DNA of 63,918 nucleotides, counting the filler, from Reclinomonas americana ATCC 50394 (taxonomy: Eukaryota), in assembly GCA_048213135.1 (NCBI GenBank). It is 12 parts of 12 records of this genome, joined end to end, with 100 filler letters (N's around TTAATTAATTAA, not from the genome) between each part and the next. Parts side by side here need not be neighbours in the genome. Positions count along the whole stretch, not along the records: positions 17,633 to 27,843 come from AFZH01019377.1; positions 27,944 to 30,334 come from AFZH01019378.1; positions 30,435 to 37,448 come from AFZH01019379.1; 9 more parts are not named here. One strand, given 5' to 3'. The stretch's first letter is position 1; each line of letters starts with the position of its first letter. Under the pieces are notes generated by a model that was given only the letters and a program-made list of their open reading frames with translations, was not told where the DNA came from and did no database searches. Positions 25,601-37,548 of the stretch are shown piece after piece. Position numbers and translations under genes: made by a program.

Positions 25601-27457
25601 CCACCTACTTGCACCAGCCGCTCAAAGTATTCCTCAATCTGCCCCGTGTTGAACGGAGCAATGTGTCGCTCCATCAGCTGCTGCATGCACAACTGTCCGC
25701 GTGTATCCACTGGTGCAAAGTACCGTCGATACTGCGCCATTCCACCCAGCGCCGTCAGTGCGTAATCGCCTCGACAAGTTATGATCACCTTCACATCGCG
25801 ACACACGTCCAGCTGGTTCTTGACAAACAGATTCACACCACGATACAACTCGTCGTACCCGTCAAGCAGCAACAGAAGCGGTTCCTCTTTCAACCGACGC
25901 ACATCCGACTCGCTGAATCCCAACTCGGGTGACAGTCGCTCAAGTGCTTCCTCCAACAACCGCTCATCAGCATTGCGCAGTGCGCCAAGAGGCACACGCA
26001 CAGGCACTCGTCTGCTTTCTCTCCTCTGCCACTGTCGCCATGCTCGCTCGGCCAGCACCGACATGGTGGTGGTCTTGCCGGCTCCACTGTTGCCGAAGAG
26101 CACCAGCACACGCTGCGTGGCGTTGGGGTCGGAGAGGAAAGCATCCACCTCCGTCAACAGATCCGTCATCTTGTCACTCGAGGAGACATCACGCTCACGT
26201 GAACACAGCAGTGGCACATACACCTGCATGTCCTTGCGCACACTCTCGTTTTCGTGACAGTAGGCCATCTCACGCAATGCCAGTCGATGCAGTCGCTCCT
26301 CGAATGTGTCCACAATGTGTCGAGCATGACGCGCCTCGCAGATACGTGCAGTGAAACGAGAGAATTCGTCAACTGTCAACCAAAGGCGAGAGAGGATGGA
26401 GACGAAGACGCCACCATTTCCAAGGCACTTCTGCACAATGTCATCCGTCGGCACAAGGTCCTTGTGAGCCAATCCGTTCCTCACATTACGCAGATCCTCC
26501 ACAGCCTTGCGCTCAGTGACATCATGAATAAGTAATAGCCTGCTTCCATCGTGCTCGACGAAGCCACCGCACACCAAAATAGTCGATAGTGTCGTCGTGT
26601 CGAATTCGTCACAGGGAGGGTCTGACGAGAGGTCGGCGTCGAAGGCAGCGCGCCAGGCCAACACCACCGCATGCTTCTCCTTGAACAACTTGACTCGAGT
26701 GGGGTGGAGTGGAGCATGTCGATCACGCCACGCTTTCACTGCCGTCGCATCCATGCCAGCAGGCGTGAAACTCGGAACCCAAGCCCGCACATCAAAGTCG
26801 GGATGATCGCGACTGAACTGGGCCAGTGCACGTTGACAGCGCTGGCGGACGGCCTCCTCCAGCACCTCAAAGGCCATGTTGATGCGTTGCGAGTTGATCA
26901 TGCTGTGCGTTCACAAAACAACACAGTCAGCACGGACACACACAGACTGGAAGAACAAGGAAGAGGAGAGAGGAAGATGACGACGAGAAGCAAAACAAAC
27001 CGAGTCACTCGCTCCGAGTTACTGCGCAAAGACGTGATAGTGAGTTGCATACTTTGCACAGAGAATGATTCGCAACACACTACTCACATGGAACTCTCAC
27101 TCCCACTCCCTCCACTCAATGGCAGTGTCTTGCCAAGTGTCAGACGGACAACAAGGTGAGTGGATGAGTTGATGCCAATGTCTTCCAGCTCCAACACATC
27201 AGCCTTTGCCACCTTGTATGGCGCCGGCTTCTCCACTCCCACAATCTCCATCACCCCATCTCCACTCTTCTCACGCAGCAAGCGAGTGGCCTCGCACAGC
27301 AACTCGGAGAGAGTGCATGTCGCCGACATGCCCTCCACCACCACTGCCAGTGACGAGTCATGCGCCGCACTCACATGCACAGAGAACTGTGTAGACACAC
27401 ACAAGTGAGTGACAAGAGAAGGGAAGGATGAGGGAGTGAGCGCGCACACACCGACAT
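22675..27457 (-). CDS. NLR-like STAND protein: ubiquitin-like / HEPN / NACHT NTPase / pentapeptide repeats / 14 WD40 (about 1510 aa)
   Basis: Exons 27457-27452, 27386-27088 and 26902-22675 join in phase. Motifs: LEDIGINSSTHLVVRL (Ubl); FDTTTLSTIL..VEDLRNVRNGLAH (HEPN Rx4H); Walker A GNSGAGKT; Walker B LLLLDGYDEL; VIITCR; NPFML; FVHLSLLEH; AAANAATVL + GADLR pentapeptides; then 14 WD40 repeats. Confidence 0.9.
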
Positions 27458-27595
27458 GATCTGACAACGCAGCAACACAGGACAAGTGCCTGAGAACGAA
27501 GCACAGACGCACTGTTGGTGCAGAGGTGTGTGTGTGTGTATGTGTGTGTGTGTGTGTGTGAAGTTGTCCTCTGTTCGATATCTTGTATTGCTTGC

Positions 27596-30500
27596 ATGTC
27601 TGCAGCTGCGCAGAGTGTGGTGGAACGCGCGTTGCAACGAGTGTTGGAGACCAGTAACAACAATGGAAACAACAGCCAGTCAGCGCGTGCTGAGTCAGCG
27701 AATGTGGAGGCTGCGGTTGTCAGTACGCCTTTGACAAGGTGAGTGTGTGTGTGTGTGTGCAAGAGAGAGAGAGAGGAGGGAGAGAGAGAGAGGAGGGAGA
27801 GAGAGAGAGAGAGAGGAAGGAGGAGGAGAAGAGAAGAAGAGAGNNNNNNNNNNNNNNNNNNNNNNNNNNNNNNNNNNNNNNNNNNNNTTAATTAATTAAN
27901 NNNNNNNNNNNNNNNNNNNNNNNNNNNNNNNNNNNNNNNNNNNTCTATCTCTCCCTCCTTCCTCAATCCTCTCGCCTCCTTCGTCACTCACCTCCCTCCT
28001 CTACTTTCTGACCTCTCTCTCTCTCACTCTCTTGTCTTCCTCTGTGCCTCCTTCCTCATACTTCCTGCCTCTCCTTCTTACCTCTCTTTTGCCTTCCTTT
28101 GCTCTCTTCTGTCTCCTTCTCCTCCTTCCTTTGCCTTTTTCTCCCCTCCTCAATCCTTCTCGCCCCCTTACTCCAGCATCATTCTCCGTCGCTTCCACAC
28201 CCGCTCTTCCACACCCTCCACCCCCGCCACCCCCGTCACCTCCGGCCTCCACATCGAGCTGAGGCCTCCTCCTCCTCCCCCGTCGCCCTCGCAAGCCACT
28301 CTTCCGCTCTCTCCTGCGCTTCTCGAGGCCACGCAGCGATTGTGCCGACGGCACCTGCGATCACTGTTTGATGCTGATCAGCAGCTGCCGGAGTGGGTGC
28401 TGGAGTTTGAGTTCTGTGGATTGGTGCGCAGCGTGCAGTGGGAGCGCTTGTGTGCGGTGGTTGAGTTGCGTAGGACGGGGAAAGGGAGGGGAGGGAGAGA
28501 GGGAGGAGGAGAGACAGGAAGGGAGGGAGAGTGTTGTGCCCAACACCACCGCTCGCTCCTTTGTCTTGTTTCTTTGTTCTTCTCACGTGCATCTCTGGTG
28601 TCCTTTCGTCTCCAGTCTTCGTGAAACAAGGGAGAGTGGCTGTGGGGTGAAAGAGAAGAATCAGAGTTGGAGATCCCTCGAGAAAAGACAGGATGCAAGT
28701 CCGTGGGTGCTGTGCTAGAGGGAAGGAAGGGAGTGAGAGAGTGTTGCGCCTTCTCCTTTATTTTCTGTTGTCATTCTTCGTCTCCAGTCTTTGAAAGAGC
28801 AAGAGTCGAACGAGAGTCTCGAAAAAGACGACATGTGGCTCCATTTGCTGTGCTTGATGAGTAAGTGAGTGCCTTCTTGTTTTTCCCTTCTCGTGCATCT
28901 CTGGTGTCCATTCGTCTCCCTCACCCTCTCCCCATTCATTTTCCTCTCCCCTCTCTCCCTCGCTTTCTAACTTGTTGCTCACTCACAGTCACTCGTTTCA
29001 ATCTGGTGTTTCCTGTCTCGTGTTTCTGACTCTCGTCTATTGCTCTTCCCCGTTCTCTCTCCCTTCCCCTTCCCCCCACAGTGCCATCGGCTCCAGCGAA
29101 TCCACCGCCACCCTCTCCACCATCGACGCCTATGTAGCCGAGTATCCCGACTGCCACCTCGGTCACTTGAGTCGCGCCGCGCACTTTTGCGGAGCACCGC
29201 GTCACGAGTTGCGATGATGCGCGCTGCCACAGCAGCGCATGATGCTCATTCCTCGCTTATGTTTCTCAGTCACGTGCGAGCGGCGGACTCTGTAAAGAGG
29301 GCACTGGAGCTGACCGAAGAAGGCAGTCCATTGGTGCTGTACCACGCAGGGTTGTTTCTGCTGCAGGTATCTTGGTTGAGGAAGCTTGATGATGATCTTT
29401 TTTCTCACCGTTTACGGACAGTGCAATCTTGCGGGTCACGCGCAGACATTCTTCGAGCATGCGCTTCATGTTGCTGACGAAGTGCGAATTCAGTTGCGTC
29501 GCAAGACGATTTTACTCGCCGTCGTGTTTCCACTGAACACCATGCAGTGAGCCCCATTATGCCGCGCAGTTTGCGGAGTTGTCGCAACTCGGACACGTCA
29601 TTGCTGTCTTTGGCAGCGGGCGCTTGGGGCAGGCGGCGATAGTCAGTGATGCAGGTGCTTTTTGTGGTGGTTTCTTGCGCACTGCCGAGAGCTGAAAGTG
29701 CTGTGCAGCGTGGAAGCGCGTTGTGTTCAGTCGCGATCCGTCGTCACAACACCTATGCTCCTGCATGCTCGACGTGCGACAAGCAGCTCGTCGTCTACTG
29801 TGGACCGACGATTCCGGGACGCTGTTTGATGGGTGGCGCCTGGCGCTCAGCGAGTGTCAAGTGCTCGGTGGTGGGTTGAATGACTGTTTCTGTGCGCGGC
29901 AAGCGACTGACGACTCGTGCAGCTCGCTTTCTCCGCTGGCCTCCGCTGATGCACCTGTTCGACCGACTGGCCACACTCACCGCTTTCCGATGCACGCTCG
30001 CTGCCGTGTGTTCGGCTGCTGCAGCGGTTCGTTGGGGGAGGGGGGGGGGGTTCTCCCTTGATGTGAATGCACACTTCTAGTTGGCTGTTCACGTCTGGCT
30101 TTCCGTCTGGTCTCCAGTTCCCTTCAGCTTCACAGTGTTCTTATGTCTCGCTTCTGTCTGCTTTCTCTTTCCCCTCTTACCCCCTCTTTCCTTATTTCCC
30201 CCTCGTTCCCCTTTCTTCCCCCTCCATCCTCCACGCTTCTCCCTCCTTTTCCCCTCTTTCCCCCTCTTTCCCCCTCTTTCCCCTTCTTCCCCCTCTTCCC
30301 CCTCTTCCCCCTCTTCCCCCTTCTTCCCCCTCCTNNNNNNNNNNNNNNNNNNNNNNNNNNNNNNNNNNNNNNNNNNNNTTAATTAATTAANNNNNNNNNN
30401 NNNNNNNNNNNNNNNNNNNNNNNNNNNNNNNNNNTCTTTCCCCCTCTTTCCCCCTCTTTCCCCCTCTCACCCTTTCTCCCCCCTGCAGCTTCTCTTCCAC

Positions 30501-31115
30501 TTCATCACCCGACGACGGCGTCTTGCCGCCAGCCGCTCACCCAACGCCGACTTTGAAAGACTGGCAGGCGCCGCCGACGAACCCGTCTTTGATCGTGTCT
30601 TGGAACCTCCTCCTCCTCCTCCTCCCCCACCACCTCCAGTTGACGACGGCAGCGCGAATGTGCAGCGACACGAAATCACGGGCGATCTGCAGGCGGAGTG
30701 GGAACGCCAGTTTGACGAAGAGGACGCGCCAGTGTTTAAGCAACGAGTGCGTGTCTGTCGTCGCACACCTGCGACCCTTTCCCTGTACCAACCAACGCCT
30801 ATCGCACAGGATGAGTTCGACATGTTTGCTCCCACGTCACTGCCGCTTGACAGCAAGGCGCTGGCCAGGTTTGTTCTTGCACGCCATGTCGTCGTGGATG
30901 CGGTGATGTTTCGCTCACCGGCTCGCAGCTTCCGCAAGTCACCATCGCGCGGTGACCCGTCGGAAAAGTCACACTCGCTCCCGCAAGCGGATTACACGTT
31001 TTCGGTGCGCATGTCGTCGCCGACGCCTCCCACTGACTGGGCCGGACCGCTGCGACAGCAGCATCAACTGCAGCAGGCGAGGAAGGCCATAGCCGCGTCG
31101 AAACCAGCACCGTGA
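27596..31115 (+). CDS. Multi-exon hypothetical protein (short TPR-like segment, one hydrophobic segment, Pro-rich region); spans two gaps
   Basis: Exons MSAAAQSVVERALQRVL.., ..LPEWVLEFEFCGL, ..AYVAEYPDCHLGHLSRA.., HVRAADSVKRALELTEEGSPLVLYHAGLFLLQ, ..LAAVCSAAAA / LLFHFITRRRR.., ending at the stop at 31115. The exon joins are inferred. Confidence 0.5.
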
Positions 31116-31389
31116 TGAAGCATGCAAGATTGGGGCGACTCGTGGTGCTCAAGAAACTGCAGCGCCCAGCGGTGTTCCGTGCTGGCAAATCAGCGCGGCG
31201 AGAAGAGGGCCATCATGAGCAGGTCCTCTTCCGTGAAAGGCCTCTGGCCCCACAGTCACCTAATACATTTTCATTTCCGAGCGCGGACGGGTTGGTTTTT
31301 CTCCCCCCTCATCCCCGCTGCTCACCATCTACACTGCCTAAAACCCCCGAACCCTCCTTAAACAAGAAAGAAAAAACACTCAACTACTA

Positions 31390-34300
31390 TTACGATCGAT
31401 CGGAGGCGCGTAGCAGTGCTGGCGAGTCGTTCTTGTGGTGCCGCCGAGGCGACGGTGAGAGCGACACGCCACGCACATCGTCGTCTGAACCATGTGCGTC
31501 GTCGTCTTCCTCGTCGGACTTGGTGTGGATGAGCGTCGCCATTTCCACGTCGTGCTCGTCCGTGGCTTTTGCTGTCGGTGCTGAGGTCGCCGTACGGGCC
31601 GTCGACGATGAGGATGACTCGGTAGTACCGGCCGCCGCCGCCTTGTTGTCGCGGTAGGCTGCATACAGGTTGATGAAGAGACCGGCGATGACCAGCAGTC
31701 CGCCGAGGCCTTGCAGCAGGCTGATGACGCTGCCGAAGACGAAGAACGAGAGAATGGCGGTGCCGACAGGTTGCAGTGTCTGTGGCGAGCGCGTGTGAGG
31801 AAAGAAGGGGCGCGCGAAAATGAGAGAGAGAGACGGAATCGACGCAACCCAGTAGCTGGAGGCCACGGATGCGGTGACCGATTTGAGGCACCACGCCAAC
31901 ACCACGTTGTTCACAATGGCGATGGTGATGATGTAGCTGGTGGGGGGGGGGGGGGGGGGATTGGAGGGCAAGGGTGAGGGAAGGAGGACAAGGTAGAGGG
32001 ATGGACGACAAGGGTGAGGGAAGGAGGGCAAGGGTGAGGGAAGGAGGGCAAAGGTGAGGGAAAGACGGCAAGGGTGAGGGAAGGACGGCAAGGGTGATGG
32101 AAGGAGGGCACGGGTGAGGGAAGGAGGGCACGGGTGAGGGAAGGACGGCAAGGGTGATGGAAGGAGGGCAAGGGTGACGGAAGGAAGACAAGGGTGAGGG
32201 AAGGAGGGCAAGGGTGAGGTAAGGAGGACAAGGGTGAGGGAAGGAGGGCAAGGGTGAGGGAAGGTGGGCAAGGGTGAGGGAAGGAGGGCAAGGGTGAGGG
32301 AAGGAGGGCAAGGGTGAGGGAAAGTGGGCAAGGGTGAGGGAAGGAGGGCAAGGGTGAGGTAAGGAGGACAAGGGTGAGGGAAGGAGGGCAAGGGTGAGGG
32401 AAGGAGGACAAGGGTGAGGGGAAGGAGGGCAAGGGTGAGGTAAGGAGGACAAGGGTGAGGGAAGGACGGCAAGGGTGAGGGGAACGGAGCCACGCAGATC
32501 GCTTCTCGATTATCAAGCGCACTTTCCGCACACCCTTCCTCACACCCTTCCTCCATTCCCCTCCCCCATGTTCTCACTCCGGTGTCTCCACTCGTCTCCG
32601 GCTGCCAAGCTCTCCGTCCCTCACACTCCCTTCCCCTTTACCCCCATCCCACACTCACCCAAACGCCACCATCGCCAGCGAGTCCAACCCTCCCGTCCAA
32701 AACGTATTGTCGAACGGGATCAAGTACGGAACCGCCAGGAAAGCATAACCGAACCAGCTCAGGCCGTAGTACCTGCGACGCAAAATGAATGTGAGGACCT
32801 CGGAGGACGTGTCACACGAGGCAGGCGACTCACAGTGCCGTGAACGACGGTGCGGCAAAGACGCGCAGCGGGAAGCGCTGGCACACCAGCAAGCCACCCG
32901 TGCACATGCACTGCAGCAGGATGATAGCGTTGCCGAGCAGTGGGTTGCTGGCCGGCTGTGACTCGCTGGCCGAGGCCGAGAAGAGCGAGACCAGTGTGGC
33001 GCCGCACACGGAGAGCAGAATCGACACGCCCTTGAGCCAGGCAAAGCGCTCCTGACGGGCGATGATGGAGAAGATCGTCGCGAAGATTGGGATGGTGGGT
33101 TGCATGACCGAGGCCTGTGAGGTAAGGGTAAGGGGAGTGAGGAGGGGAATAGGGAAGGGGAAGGGGAAGGGGAAGCAAGGGAGGAAGGAAAGAAGGGTGA
33201 GTTAAAAGGGGAGGCGATGTGACGAGAGATGCAGAGAGTGCAAACGATAAGAGAAGAAAGACAGAAGCCGGAAGGAGACAGCGAGAGAGAGAGAGAGAAA
33301 GCGAGAGATAATGAAGGGGAGAAGGGGCAACAAGAAGGAATGAGCCATGAGGGAAGCGGAACAAGGAATAGGAGGAGAAGGAGAAGAGCGAGACCGTACA
33401 AAATGATACATGCAATGACGGACACAGAAAGGGAAAAAGGACAGAGAGAGAGAGAGAGAGAGTGGGAAGAATAACACGGAGGAAAGAGAAATGAGATGGA
33501 GGGCAGACAAAAACAAAAGATACCGAGGAGGCAGAAGAGGGACTGACGGGGAGAGCAGAGAGCACAGAGGAGATCGACCGATCACTGAAGCGAGCCAACA
33601 GAAGCGAGAGGAAATAATCAATGACCAGGGCGAGACACATGCGACAGCAAGAGGTAAAGAGAGAAGAAAGAGAGTGGGGAGGAAAGGGACGCAAGATGGA
33701 GGGAAAGTACGAGAGAGATGGAGGCAGAAAGGCGAGTCAACGTGAGACGATAGAAAACAGTCAACGACCAGCACCAGAAACATGCGAGAGCCCTTGATCC
33801 TCAACTCACGGGCATGCGAACGCAACATTAAACGCCGTGGTGTACCGCAACGCCAGTGTGAAGCCGTACTCTTGAATGGCCATGAAAATGGCGCAGATCA
33901 GGACCCACATCCACCCGCCACTGCGCAAGCGACACACGTCAGTCAGGCACAATCCAGTCATCAATTCCATTACAAGAGCAACGAAACTTGCCCCTCCAGC
34001 CCTTGGGTCTTCGCTGCATGGTGGTGTGGCGATCGGAGATGAATGCCACCGCTACGAGGCCGACAATGGCAATTGCACGAGCTGTGAAGGAAGGGAGCAA
34101 AGTGAGAGCAGTGAGGGGGAAAGGTTGAAATCGGAAGAGACAAGAAGTGGGACAGTGAGAAAGAGAGAGAGAGAAAAACAGCCGGCAGAGAGGAACACGA
34201 GAGAACTGGAAACAGTCAGACGAGCACAATTGGGAATACAGAGGAAACAGCGAAGAACTGAGACAACGAGTGAGAGGAAAGGAAGAAGGAACTGCAGAGA

Positions 34301-35175
34301 ATGAAAGAAACAGCAGAGGAACTGACACAACATAGGAAGGACGAGGGCGAGGGAATATGACATTGAGAGAGGAGAGTACGAGTGCAAAGCACAATAGGGA
34401 ATGCAGAGGAATACACAGAAGAAGAGACAACGAGAGAGAAAGCACGTAAGAGGAAAGGAAGAAGGAAAACTGCAGAGAACGGGGGCAACAGAGGAACTGA
34501 GACAAACAAAATAGGAGGGAAGAGGGCGTGGGATAACACTGAGAGGAGAGTTCGAGCGTACAACTGCAGACGAGTGCACAGCACAACAGGGAATGCAGCG
34601 AAGAAATGAAGGAAAACAGCAGAGGAGGGAGGACGCCACTGCAGACAAGCGCAGAATGAACAAGAGACTGATGGAGGCAAGTGAGAGCAACAAGCGAGAG
34701 ACGACAACAGCTTGCCACAGACATGAGTGTATGAGAGACAGAGAAGAGAGAGCATGACAAGAGAAGGCATGACAATGCAACACTCAGTGATGGAGAGGAA
34801 TCATAAGATCGCATCCACAAACGCAACTCATCACAGTGAACGCCAATGGATTCACACCGCCACTCAGTGCGATCTTGCCAAGAATGTGCTGCACACATAA
34901 CAAACAGAGAAAGAGAGAGAAAGAGAAGACACAGTGAGTGAAATCGCATCAGTTGGTGACAACAACATGACATGCTGCGTGTGTGCAAAAGACAGAGAAA
35001 GAGAAGATGAACAAAGGATAAAGCGTCGCCTAGTCACTGTCTCTTTGTGTGAGAATGCATCTCAGCTGCCCTTCTCTCTCACAGTGTGTGTGAGTGTGTG
35101 TGTGCACTCAACAAAACCCGATGAATCCAGTTGCACAAGGGCAATGGCGATGTGTGCCACTGCTGTGCGCCACAT
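31390..35175 (-). CDS. EamA/DMT-superfamily transporter (WAT1/nodulin MtN21-like)
   Basis: Spliced: MWRTAVAHIAIALVQLDSSGFHILGKIALSGGVNPLAFTVMTRAIAIVGL..., GFTLALRYTTAFNASVMQPTIPIFATIFSIIARQERF..KGVSILLSVCGA, LLGNAIILLQC, ASVASSYWTLQPVGTAILSFFVFG..GGLLVIAGLFINL. About 10 TM helices. Confidence 0.88.
31966..32481. repeat. Intronic 20-bp minisatellite (AGGGTGAGGGAAGGAGGGCA), about 25 copies
   Basis: Head-to-tail copies inside an EamA intron. Confidence 0.92.
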
Positions 35176-35953
35176 TGTTGTTTTTTTACACAAAGAGAGA
35201 ATGAGAAGAGAAAGAAAGGTGCTCTCTGGAGAGTGATAAGATGCGTGTTAATTGGGCTTGTTCTTGCCTTTTTCGTCGACTAGCTTCGTGCCAAGTGGGC
35301 ACACTGAGAGGTTCTGTATTGAGTGCTGCTCGTGGTGGAGGAGAAGGAGAGGCTGCTTGAGGAACAAAAAGAAGCAGCAGCCGTGTCGCAAGTGGTTCGA
35401 AGCTTCGAAGTTCGGTTTCATGCTTGCAGTTGCTTCGAATTCACTGCTGTGCGTGCTGGCCACAAGCCTCCAGTGTGAGACTTCCGTGCTGTCGCTAGCC
35501 AACAGGTGGGTAGCGTGCATCTCGAGCTCTCGAAAGACATTGCTGCAGTCGACCGCGACGTCGACGTTCACTTCGAATTCCTCCGGATCCGGATCCGCAG
35601 CCCTCCGAGCTTTGCTGCAAAGCCCCATCGACTTGGAGGTCATCGTGGTATGCACGTACACTGCTGCTATGTGTGCACTGCGGTCAAAGTCAAGGTGGCA
35701 CACGTCCCACATGAACGTCGACGTCGACAGAGGAATCAAGTGAGAGCAGAAGAATCCACACGCACACGCACACACACACGCGCACACACATACGCACACA
35801 CACGCAACGACGACGATAATAGAAGCAGGAGGAAAAGGAGAGACACACACACACATTCCTTCCCTCCTCTCTCTCTCTCTCTCTCTCGATGGACATGGAT
35901 TTTCTCTTCCTGCTGGCGGCATCATATTCAGAATTCGCTGCGGCGATGGCGAC

Positions 35954-37448
35954 ATGGGAGGCTGGAGGGACGATGTCGCAGTGGAACTCTTTGCCGAGTG
36001 CGAGCGCAACTTCACTAAGCTTCTCGGCGCGCACAATGAGAAGTGGACGGTGTCGTCGGCAGTCAATCACATCTCATGTCTGATGTTGTCTGCCGATCAC
36101 GTGCGTGCTCTTCCGCGCCTTGAGCAGTTGACGACGCAATACCGCCGTGTTTATGGCGATGAGCACCGAGTGACAATGTTTGCGAAGTGCGCAGTGGGCC
36201 GCACATTGTTTAGAGGGGGTCGACGCACGGAGGCTTTTGCTCTGATGCGTGGCACGGTGGAGAAAGTGCTGCGCTTACTGCCCGAGGACGACCAAATGGC
36301 GTTATCGTCCATTAGACTCTTCTCGGAAGTGCTGCATGCTGCACGTTTGTTCGAGGAGGCTGTTGACATCGATCGTGCCGTGCTGCGGAGAGACAAGTTC
36401 ATGGATGACGACCAAAAATGCAAAGCCTGTCACAGCCTTGCAATTGCTCTCGTGGGAGTCGGCGGTGCGGCGAACTTGAATGAGGCTCTGGTAGTTTACG
36501 AGCGCGCTCTCAACGGATTGAGCAGTCTGTATGGTGACGACCATCCTGGCAAGATGGCAATGACGTGCGAGCTCGCTGGCGCACTGTGCAAGCTTGAGCG
36601 GTACGGCGAAGCTGTTGATCTGTTGCGCGAGACATTGCAACGTCAAAAACGTGTATTGTCGGAAGGTCACGTGCAGACGCTGAATACGATGCGCAATCTC
36701 GCCGAAACTCTGTTGCTCACAGCCGACTCGGGCGATGCTGTTGCAATTGGACGCGAGGAGTTGGAACTGGAACGCAAGTTGCACGGTGACGAAGACGGTA
36801 GGACAGTTGCAAGCGCCTTTAGCCTTGGCGGGTACCTTCTCACCGTCGGTGGCGACAGCAATGTGGCGGAGGCTGTTTCTGTACTTAAGGATGCACTTGC
36901 GCGGCAGAATCGGCTCGCTGGTTCGGACAGCGAGGCGGCTCTTACAATAGCAAGATTTCTTGGTGCCGCCCTCGTCCAGGCTGGTCGACCTGAAGATGCT
37001 ATTGAATTGCTGTCCGAGACTTTGGAACGGCTGAAGCGATCGCGCGAGCCGAATAGCGACCTCATGTTGCAGATCTTGGACGACCTCGCGGATGCGTATG
37101 GAGCCTGTCAGAACTACGAAGAGGCTGTTCGAATCGGACAAGAGCTTCGAATCCATCAACAGCAGAAGCTTGGCGATGATGACCTGGAATTGTTGCGCTG
37201 CAATCACAGACTTTCATCCCATGTCTTTCAACTTGGTGGTGTGGAGAACTTTGCGGAGGCGGAGCGCCTGCAAGAGGATGTCGTGTGCCGGCGCGAACGG
37301 CTGCTTGGTCTGGACTATAGTGCGAAGGAAATCGAGACGCAAGAGCTGCGGTATATCCGTGCTGTTCTTGAAGATGCTCGGCGCAGGGAGAGAGCGCAGT
37401 CACGCCCGACGCAGAACCGCATGATAAGGAGACGGAGAAGAAGAAGAA
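35954..37448 (+). CDS. Intronless TPR region (42-aa kinesin-light-chain/TPR_12-type repeats, about 11); probable N-terminal part of kinase-RING copy 1
   Basis: Repeats such as YGDDHPGKMAMTCELAGALCKLERYGEAVDLLRETLQRQKRVL. The frame is open up to the gap with no stop. An alternative start at 35889 lies in another frame. Confidence 0.85.
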
Positions 37449-37548
37449 NNNNNNNNNNNNNNNNNNNNNNNNNNNNNNNNNNNNNNNNNNNNTTAATTAA
37501 TTAANNNNNNNNNNNNNNNNNNNNNNNNNNNNNNNNNNNNNNNNNNNN

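Noticed and set aside
23191..26535. Plus-strand ORFs overlapping the NACHT-WD40 gene
   Set aside because: Antisense shadows of a GC-rich repetitive CDS with no protein motifs.
31358..32577. Long Pro/Ser/Leu-rich ORFs (extensin-like)
   Set aside because: They are translations of the 20-bp intronic minisatellite, open in all frames.
33985..33995. GC donor (G|GCAAGT) in the EamA gene
   Set aside because: It gives a premature stop; the adjacent GTTTCGT donor restores the frame.
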